The notes below the pieces were generated by a model. The model had not been told where the DNA came from and searched no databases. It saw only the letters and a program-made list of their open reading frames with translations. Made by a program: the position numbers and the translations under genes. From Gemmatimonadota bacterium (lineage in GTDB: Bacteria; Gemmatimonadota; Gemmatimonadetes; Gemmatimonadales; GWC2-71-9), in NCBI GenBank assembly GCA_039591655.1, contig JBDHDE010000016.1:17769-81768 (forward strand): 64,000 bases of DNA. The letters are read 5' to 3'. This document shows positions 57,741-64,000 of the stretch, one piece after another (within the stretch, counting starts at the first letter, position 1; every line of letters begins with the position of its first letter).

Positions 57741-58561
57741 TGCTCCTCCACCACGAAGGGATTCCCCCCGAAGCGCTGCTGCAGCGGACGCACCTGTCGT
57801 TGCGCCTGATTGCGTTCGGGGTACCGCCCGACGCGAACCTTGAACAACGCGCCGTCGCGCACGACGTGGGGCTCGTACCCGGCTGCATGGAGTTGCCGCA
57901 TGAGCTCGTCGGCCGCCGTGGCGCTCTGCACCGCGGCCACCTGAACCGTGTAAACCGGGTTCGTGCCCGCCGGCACCGGCTGCGCCTCTACGGAGTCGCT
58001 GAGCGTGTCGCCGGCCTGGAGGATCCCACCGCAACGTTGCAGGTGATAACGCGCGCGGTTCGCCAGCTCCACGTTGTCGCCGGCGTTGAATGCCGCGTCG
58101 TTGAGGCTGCGGCACCCGTCCGCTGCGTCCCCCAGCTCCAGCTGAGCGCGTCCCGCCCAAAAGCTGGCCTCTGCCGCCACCTCGCTGAACGGGTAGTCCG
58201 TGAGGACGCGCTCCGAGGAGCGCAGCGCCGCCTGGTAGTCGCCGGCGGCAAACGCAAGCTGGGCCAAACGCAGGTGGGCGCGGTCGGCCCAGGCGGACCG
58301 GGCGTACTCGATGCTCACGCGGCGGAAGTAGAGCATCGCGCTGTCCAGGTCCAAGGCGACGATGCCGGCGGAGTAGAGCATCTTGGGGTAGAGCGAATCG
58401 GCGGGAGAGGTCCCGGCGAGACGCGTGCGTACCAGCGACCGGGCCGAGTCGGCCTGTCCCTCGGTCGCGAGGCGTACCGCCACCACGAGGGTGGAGTCCT
58501 CCTGGGCTGCGATGGGGGTCGCCAGGGCGAGCAACGACAGGGCAACTAGAGTGCTTCTCAT
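57737..58561 (-). CDS. Periplasmic TPR + SPOR domain protein
   Basis: Signal peptide, TPR helices, YTVQVAA...FKVRVGRY. Confidence 0.85.
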   Translation of the reverse strand: MRSTLVALSLLALATPIAAQEDSTLVVAVRLATEGQADSARSLVRTRLAGTSPADSLYPKMLYSAGIVALDLDSAMLYFRRVSIEYARSAWADRAHLRLAQLAFAAGDYQAALRSSERVLTDYPFSEVAAEASFWAGRAQLELGDAADGCRSLNDAAFNAGDNVELANRARYHLQRCGGILQAGDTLSDSVEAQPVPAGTNPVYTVQVAAVQSATAADELMRQLHAAGYEPHVVRDGALFKVRVGRYPERNQAQRQVRPLQQRFGGNPFVVEEQ

Positions 58562-59613
58562 GCCGCCGCCTTCCGTGCGCTCAGTGCGAGGAGCATATCG
58601 GTGACGCTACCGGCCTCATCGCTGATGGTGGTGGACTTGAGGGCCCTGTCGGCTTCCCATGCCGCGCGCAGTGCCCGGTCCAGCTCCGGAGCGCTCCACC
58701 GGTGCGCCGCCTCCGTCCACCGGGAGGCCTCGTCCCGCCAACTTCCGAGACCCATGGGGCGGGCGCGACGGATCTGCTGAAGCACCGCCTGCTCCACCCG
58801 CCGCGGGGCGAGCCCCTGGTCCATCAGGGCACGGGCGAGCCTCACTCCGATGAGCGCCGTCCCCAGGAGCCCCACCAAGCGCACCCCGTTCACCCCGGAA
58901 GCCGACAGCACGCTCTCCAGCATGTCCAGGGCCTGGGGCACATCTCGGAAGATCGCTGACGCTACCCAGTCGTGCGCCGTCTCGCCGCGGCGCACGCCGA
59001 CGAGGTCTGCCACGTCGGTGATCCCCAGGGGCCGATCCCCGTCCGCCGCGGCCGCGAGCTTCTCGATCTCCATGGCCAGATGCGACAGGTCGCCGCCTAG
59101 CGCATCCACCAAGTGCCCGACGGCCTCGGGCTCGAGGACGAGCTCGGCCCGCTCGGCCCGCATCTTGACCCAGCGCCTGAGCCGCTCCGGGTTCAACGCC
59201 TCCACGGCGACCTGGGCGGCGTGGCGCGCCACGCTGGACTGCGGCTTCTGCCCGGCCCCGTGGACCAGCACCAGCACCGTGGTGGGCGAGGGGTTGGCCA
59301 GGTACCGGTCCAGAACCTGCCACACCTTCGCGTTCTTGCGCCACTGCTCCAGGTTCTTGACCACCACCACGCGCCGCTCGGCCAGCATTGGCGGCGTCTC
59401 GACCAGCGCGTGCAGACTCTCTCCGTCGAGGTCCCCGGCGGAGCGGACATCGAGGTTGAAGTCACGGCTCGCCGGATCCACGGCGTGCTCCACCACCTGG
59501 GTGACGAGCTCGTCCTTGAGGACGTCCTCCTCGCCGGTCAGGTAGTAGACGGGTGCGAGCTCTCCGCGGCGGATCTGGCGATACGCGGAGTCGAACGAGA
59601 GGGCCGCCGCCAT
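58558..59613 (-). CDS. holA: DNA polymerase III delta subunit
   Basis: PVYYLTGEE, ETPPMLAERRVVVV, EIEKL, ADRALKS. Confidence 0.9.
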   Translation of the reverse strand: MAAALSFDSAYRQIRRGELAPVYYLTGEEDVLKDELVTQVVEHAVDPASRDFNLDVRSAGDLDGESLHALVETPPMLAERRVVVVKNLEQWRKNAKVWQVLDRYLANPSPTTVLVLVHGAGQKPQSSVARHAAQVAVEALNPERLRRWVKMRAERAELVLEPEAVGHLVDALGGDLSHLAMEIEKLAAAADGDRPLGITDVADLVGVRRGETAHDWVASAIFRDVPQALDMLESVLSASGVNGVRLVGLLGTALIGVRLARALMDQGLAPRRVEQAVLQQIRRARPMGLGSWRDEASRWTEAAHRWSAPELDRALRAAWEADRALKSTTISDEAGSVTDMLLALSARKAAA

Positions 59614-59677
59614 ATACGGCGGAAATTACCGACGGGAGAGGGTGGGTGAAAGCCTGGGTGTGATCCGGTGGCGGGCG

Positions 59678-60187
59678 CTAGCGCGAGAGGGCCGCGGTGT
59701 GCAGTACCAGCGGCCCCTCGGCGGCGCCAGGTGTGTGCCACTCGCCCCCGAACGCGGGTACGGCGAGGTGGCCGAAGCTGACGAACGGCGGGCCGGGGTT
59801 GGCCACGGCGACGGGGAACGGGCGTGGCGTCTCCGGCGGCTCGCCCCGCGCCTGGGTGCTGCCCGTGCCGGCCTCCCACAGGAAGAAGGCCACGGCGGTG
59901 AGCAGCATGAGGGCGACCATGATGCCCGCCGGCGCCGGTATGACCGGTTCGTCCCGCACCGGCGGCGCCTCCGCCAGGCGCCCGGCCAACTCCCTGCGGA
60001 ACACCCGCGATGGCTCCAGGTCGCTCAGCGTCTTGAGCACCGTCACTCCCCGGGCCACGCGGGCGTCGTACTGCATACAGCGGCGGCAGGTGATGAGATG
60101 CTGGCTCATGTCCAGGTTCAGCACCGGGTCGCCGATCAGCCCGTCGCGGTAATCCGAGTAGAGTTCTAGGAAGTCGGTGCAGCGCAT
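59678..60187 (-). CDS. ZAS (zf-HC2) anti-sigma factor
   Basis: MRCTDF..YSDYRDG...HLITCRRC, one TM; downstream of ECF sigma. Confidence 0.85.
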   Translation of the reverse strand: MRCTDFLELYSDYRDGLIGDPVLNLDMSQHLITCRRCMQYDARVARGVTVLKTLSDLEPSRVFRRELAGRLAEAPPVRDEPVIPAPAGIMVALMLLTAVAFFLWEAGTGSTQARGEPPETPRPFPVAVANPGPPFVSFGHLAVPAFGGEWHTPGAAEGPLVLHTAALSR

Positions 60188-60352
60188 AGTGATGGATTCC
60201 AGTCATGGCGTGGTACCGCGGGGGGAGGTGGAAGTTCCCCGCCCCGCCGCTGGGGAAGGGGAAGGGGCCGGGAACGAGAAGGAGGACGGCCGACCCGCGC
60301 CGTCCTCCTGGGTTCCCCGCTCCAATCCGCGGAGGTGGGGAGTGAGGATCGC

Positions 60353-61000
60353 CTAATCCAGCAGCGGCCCGATGATCTGGGCGAACCGGTTTCGCGCCCG
60401 GTTCAGGCGGCTCTTCACGGTGCCGAGGTTGCAGTCGGTGATCTCGGCGATCTCCTCGTACGTCTTGCCTTCCAGCTCCCGCAGCACGAACACCACGCGG
60501 TGATGCTCGGGGAGCTGTGCCACGGACCATTCCACGAGCTCGCGGAGGTGGCGCTTGCGGTAGAGGTCTTCCGGCCGATGGTGCTTGTCCTCGAACTGCA
60601 GTGGCCTGTGGTCGGCCTCCCAGTTCTTCTTGATCGTCTGGAACAGCACCAGGGGACTCCGGCTCCTGTTGCGGAGCTCGTTCTTGGCCAGGTTCGATGC
60701 GATGGTGTAGATCCAGGTCGAGAACTTCTTGCTCTGGTCGAACCGGTGTAGGTGCCGGTGCACCCGGATGAACACCTCCTGGACAAGATCCTCGGCTCGC
60801 TCCCGGTCGCCGATGGTGCGGAAGACGAAGTTCAGAAGTCGCTTCTGGTATCGATCGACGAGCTCGTTGAACGCGCGCTTCCTCCCCGCCAGATACGCCG
60901 CCACCACGCTCGAGTCGTCGAGCGCCCGAAGCTCTAGGGTTTCCGCCCCTGGGGCGGACGCGGGCTCGACCCGCTTCAGGGTGTGAGGAGTTGCGGTCAT
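60353..61000 (-). CDS. ECF RNA polymerase sigma factor (RpoE/SigW-like)
   Basis: AEDLVQEVF, FSTWIYTIASN, YEEIAE...GTVKSRLNRAR. Confidence 0.95.
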   Translation of the reverse strand: MTATPHTLKRVEPASAPGAETLELRALDDSSVVAAYLAGRKRAFNELVDRYQKRLLNFVFRTIGDRERAEDLVQEVFIRVHRHLHRFDQSKKFSTWIYTIASNLAKNELRNRSRSPLVLFQTIKKNWEADHRPLQFEDKHHRPEDLYRKRHLRELVEWSVAQLPEHHRVVFVLRELEGKTYEEIAEITDCNLGTVKSRLNRARNRFAQIIGPLLD

Positions 61001-61095
61001 GTGAAGCTCCCGGGCCTCCCTTCTTGCGAAGCGGCGGCCCTCATTCAGACGACAAAGGGTCCGCTAGAGTGCCCTCCTTCCGGTGTTAGGTATTC

Positions 61096-61233
61096 GCACG
61101 AACCATACCCGCTGGGACAAGGTGTCCCGTGTCACGCTAAGCCATTGTCAAACAAAGGGATGCGGTGTGGCTACCGCGCCACACTCACTCGCCGCCGAGG
61201 GTCCCGCTGTCCCCCACCGGGGACACTGTCCCC
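61096..61233 (-). promoter_or_regulatory. Putative sigma54 promoter with IHF-like site and enhancer palindromes
   Basis: Minus GGGTATGGTTCGTGC (61110-61096, GG-N10-GC); TAAGCCATTGTCA 61138-61150; TGTCCC-N6-GGGACA 61208-61225. Confidence 0.55.
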
Positions 61234-61790
61234 TAGAGATTGAGCCGGAATCCGGCCACCCACAGCACCCCGGCGATGGTCTTGGCATCGACGATCTCGC
61301 CGTCCCGGATCAGCTCCAGGACCCGGGTTAGGGACAGGGGCCTCACCTTTATGAACTCGTCACCCTCCTGGTTCGGTTCCCCAAGGGTCAGGCCGGTGGC
61401 CAGGAACAGGTGGATGCGCTCGTCGGTGAAGCCGGGCGTCGTGTAGACGGTGGTCAGGTGCTCCAGGCCCTCGGCCGACGCGCCGGTTTCCTCGAGGAGC
61501 TCCCGGTGCGCGCATGCCGCCGGCTCCTCGCCGGCCTCCAGAGTACCGGCGGGGATCTCCCAGATCGTGCCGCCCGCCGCGTGGCGGTGCTGCTCGATGA
61601 GCAGGATGGTGGGATCAGGGCTATTGGGCTGTGAGAGCAGCGGTACCACCGCTACCGCCCCCGGATGGCGCACGATCTCCAGGTCGGACTCCCGGCCGCC
61701 GGGATCCCGCATGGTGTCCACGTCTACCTTCACCAGCCGGCCGTCGAAGGCGCGGCGGGTGTGGACGCACTGGGGCAAAGCGTCGGTCAT
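61233..61790 (-). CDS. nudF: NUDIX hydrolase, ADP-ribose pyrophosphatase type
   Basis: HPGAVAVVP, EIPAGTLE.GE....AHRELLEETG, TPGFTDE, DAKT. Confidence 0.85.
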   Translation of the reverse strand: MTDALPQCVHTRRAFDGRLVKVDVDTMRDPGGRESDLEIVRHPGAVAVVPLLSQPNSPDPTILLIEQHRHAAGGTIWEIPAGTLEAGEEPAACAHRELLEETGASAEGLEHLTTVYTTPGFTDERIHLFLATGLTLGEPNQEGDEFIKVRPLSLTRVLELIRDGEIVDAKTIAGVLWVAGFRLNL

Positions 61791-61910
61791 CGCGGGGTCT
61801 CCTGGTGATGAGGATTCCTGGGAGCGTCTGTGCGTTGCGGGAAGGGGGAAGGGGCCGCCCCAACCCGTGGCCGTTCCCGCTTCATAGGGCGAGGTGGGGT
61901 GGGGTCGGCC

Positions 61911-62078
61911 TCAGGCCTTTCGTGTGAAGATCACCAGCAGCTTGTCGCCGCCGACTTCCGCCAGGGAGTGGTAGCCCCACCCCATTCTGGCGCGCTCGTT
62001 CAGGAGGTCGGTCAGCATTTCCTCGTCCTCCCGGGCCTTCCCCTGTAGCCGAACGATGACCGTCTGGTACTCAACCAT
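61911..62078 (-). CDS. DUF4177-like small protein
   Basis: MVEYQTV...LLNERARMGW...LLVIFTRK, 55 aa. Confidence 0.7.
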   Translation of the reverse strand: MVEYQTVIVRLQGKAREDEEMLTDLLNERARMGWGYHSLAEVGGDKLLVIFTRKA

Positions 62079-62195
62079 CCCTGCCTCGGATCGAAGGTTG
62101 GAGGGAGCGCGGCACTCGGAGAATCTAGCGGCTTTGCTGCCGCGGAGTGACGTCTGACCTTGTTGCCGGCGGACGTGCCCCTTAACCATTGCGGC

Positions 62196-62756
62196 ATGTA
62201 CACCCGTCGACCGCAACCGCCATTGAGTGTCGGCCGGGTGGTCCGCACCATCTTGGGGACGGCCACGGCGGTGCTTCTCGTGATGGGGTTCGTGGTGCGG
62301 GACGACCCCCGGTGGCTGGTGGCGGCCGGCACCTGCGGCCTGATCTGGTGGGGCTGGGATCTCCTGATGGAGTACGTGTTCACTCCCATCGGGGAGTGGA
62401 TCACGGGGGCGTTCATGGGCGGCTCCATCGGGGCGCTGCCGCCCCAGGCCCGGCCGAACCTGGACGAGGTGACGCGGCTGCTGGAGGGCTACCTGCGCAA
62501 GCGTGCCAGTCGCAAGGTGGAGATCAACGCCGCGATCCGGTTGGAGGAGATCTACCGTACGGTGAAGCAGGATCCCGGGAGAGCCCGAGCCGTGATCCGG
62601 CTGGTGCGGGCCCGCTACCCCGACGCCCCGGAGCTGGAGCGCTACGCAGTGGAGCGGGACTTCGAGGAGCTGGATTTTGACGCGCTGGAGGCCGAGTTGG
62701 AGGCGGAGCAAGGACGGCAGGGGGAAAACAGTGAGACGGGTGGCGCGGTAGGGTGA
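62196..62756 (+). CDS. Hypothetical membrane protein (2 TM + helical domain)
   Basis: Two hydrophobic segments, high-GC3 codon usage, acidic tail. Confidence 0.65.
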   Translation: MYTRRPQPPLSVGRVVRTILGTATAVLLVMGFVVRDDPRWLVAAGTCGLIWWGWDLLMEYVFTPIGEWITGAFMGGSIGALPPQARPNLDEVTRLLEGYLRKRASRKVEINAAIRLEEIYRTVKQDPGRARAVIRLVRARYPDAPELERYAVERDFEELDFDALEAELEAEQGRQGENSETGGAVG

Positions 62757-62974
62757 GGGCCGCTGGAGCAAGCCGGGAAGTCTGTCCACTAAAGCATTTA
62801 TTGGTATTCCGTCATATCATTTAGTCATACCTCCCAGGGCAGGTCCGAGGGCGCATCAGGTGTGCGGCGCCACTCCCCCGAATCGATCTCTGCATCATCT
62901 GGCGCACGCCACGCGTCTGTTGCCGCATGCCGCGGACGGGCGCTGCAACCCACCTCGCCGCGCCCAATCCCATA

Positions 62975-62983
62975 GTGTATAAT
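62975..62983 (+). promoter_or_regulatory. -10 element of tRNA promoter
   Basis: TATAAT 62978-62983, 11 nt before the tRNA. Confidence 0.6.
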
Positions 62984-62994
62984 TCCCGCTCGTC

Positions 62995-63067
62995 GGCCAG
63001 GTAGCTCAGTTGGTAGAGCAGGGGACTGAAAATCCCCGTGTCGGCGGTTCAATTCCGTCCCTGGCCA
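62995..63067 (+). tRNA. tRNA-Phe(GAA), CCA not encoded
   Basis: GGCCAGG/CCTGGCC acceptor, TAGCTCAGTTGGTAGAGC D arm, GGGGA-CTGAAAA-TCCCC, GGTTCAATTCC. Confidence 0.97.
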
Positions 63068-63206
63068 CTCCGCAATACAGCCCATCAATGAAATGCAGGC
63101 ACCCGGCGGCCTTCCCGGGGCAGCCTTCCTTGGCACCGGCTGATTACCGCGCTCAGCCGAGGAAACACGTGAGCGGCCATGCCTCGCTGTTTGGAAGGTG
63201 GGGAGG

Positions 63207-63240
63207 GCCCCGGGCCGGAGTCCCTCGCGGCCCCCGGGGC
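63207..63240. terminator. GC-rich hairpin between convergent tRNA and DUF1080-like gene
   Basis: GCCCCGGG...CCCGGGGC arms; no U-tract. Confidence 0.3.
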
Positions 63241-63252
63241 GTAGCAGACCCC

Positions 63253-63873
63253 TCAGTTGCCGCCCTGCTCCACCCCCAGTGTCGTGACGTGCAGGTTCAG
63301 GTTGTGGTTGACCCGCAGGCCCACGATTCCGTCCGCCATCAGGTCCGAGCGCGGTACACTGGCCACCTTCTCGCCGTTCACGTAGAAGTCCACGTGCCCT
63401 GCCCCGGCCTCGACGGTCAGCACGTTCTTGACGGTGCCCTCCCCGCCGTCGTGAGCCAGAATCGCCTGGTGGTGGGTCCACGGGTGGACGACCTGGGTGT
63501 CGTGGCCCTTGCGCTGCTTGATCAGGAAGCTGCCGTCCTTGCGGATCAGGAAATAGGTGTAGGACTGGCCGTCGGCCTCCAGATCCGTTCCACCGAAGAA
63601 GACGCCGAAACCCTCGCGGCGCTCCCCGGGGAATAGGAAGATCTCCGATTCGATACGGTAAGCCCCCTGGGCAGACTGCGCCGGGTCGTACAGGATGGCT
63701 GCCGGTCCCGTAGTGACGTGCCACCCGGGTGGCATCGACACGAAATAGATGGCAGAGTCCGCCGCCCCTTCGCGGTCGAATCGGACCTTCCACTCCTCGG
63801 GCCGGTGGAACTCTTGGGCCCATGCCGCGGGTGCGGCGAGGGCGAGGGCGAGCGACAGGGTGGCGACGCGCAT
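63253..63873 (-). CDS. Secreted concanavalin-fold protein (DUF1080-like)
   Basis: Signal peptide AAWA|QE, GFGVFFGG, YFLIRKDGSF, FYVNGEKV, GIVGLRVNH. Confidence 0.7.
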   Translation of the reverse strand: MRVATLSLALALAAPAAWAQEFHRPEEWKVRFDREGAADSAIYFVSMPPGWHVTTGPAAILYDPAQSAQGAYRIESEIFLFPGERREGFGVFFGGTDLEADGQSYTYFLIRKDGSFLIKQRKGHDTQVVHPWTHHQAILAHDGGEGTVKNVLTVEAGAGHVDFYVNGEKVASVPRSDLMADGIVGLRVNHNLNLHVTTLGVEQGGN

Positions 63874-63947
63874 GAAGACCTCCGCAGTGAAGCGAACACA
63901 CTAACGGTGCATCCCGCAGCGCTCAAGGCCCCCGACGGGACGTGATC

Positions 63948-64000
63948 TCACTGGAGGCGCACATCCACTTCTGAGCAGGGAGTGACCGGGGCTCGCGCGG
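63948..64000 (-). CDS. Possible 3' end of a gene continuing beyond the window
   Basis: Reads ...ARAPVTPCSEVDVRLQ-stop. Confidence 0.35.
   Translation of the reverse strand, partial: ARAPVTPCSEVDVRLQ

Noticed and set aside
48623..58160. Apparent long N-terminal extensions or fusions in the ORF track (macrodomain 432 aa, queD 593 aa, cbs 590 aa, mutS 1005 aa, ddl 446 aa, copy A 751 aa)
   Set aside because: Extensions overlap upstream genes in other frames; true starts sit at the stop/start overlaps
63130..63200. Hammerhead-like words (CTGATTA...GAAAC) downstream of tRNA-Phe
   Set aside because: Core should be CUGANGA, stem II cannot form, and CGGCTGA/TCAGCCG pairs as a simple hairpin instead
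62760..63250. Integrative element at tRNA-Phe (AT-rich patch 62790-62830)
   Set aside because: No integrase and no duplicated tRNA 3' end in the window; the patch does not match dif

Overview
GC-rich bacterial chromosome segment spanning the replication origin. Gemmatimonadota is inferred from gene style (GWxTD-family proteins, pilin-like protein, propeller lipoprotein) and was not verified. Core: rnpB - three envelope/hypothetical genes - dnaN - oriC (DnaA-trios, degenerate boxes) - dnaA <> rpmH-rnpA-yidD-yidC-mnmE. Left arm: ABC transporter, orphan ZAS anti-sigma, sufR-sufBCDSU-Rieske operon, two-membrane-protein/wHTH module, def, rnd, sufT, hydrolases/peptidases, MMPL, a GWxTD-slt-polA-pilin-like run, and kinase-pyrE-MCP. 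Right arm: a ~15-kb tightly coupled minus-strand run (holA, SPOR/TPR, mutS, TonB-C lipoprotein, cbs, queD, ddl, rhomboid, macrodomain) ending in three tandem secreted TPR + divergent-GWxTD paralogues, then an ECF sigma/anti-sigma pair behind an apparent sigma54 promoter, nudF and tRNA-Phe. No mobile elements or CRISPR arrays seen. Best novelty candidates: the triplicated GWxTD-like proteins with a hypervariable insert, the sigma54-to-ECF cascade, a datA/DARS-like DnaA+IHF site, and CTG starts via CTGA coupling. All calls come from motif reading, without database searches.
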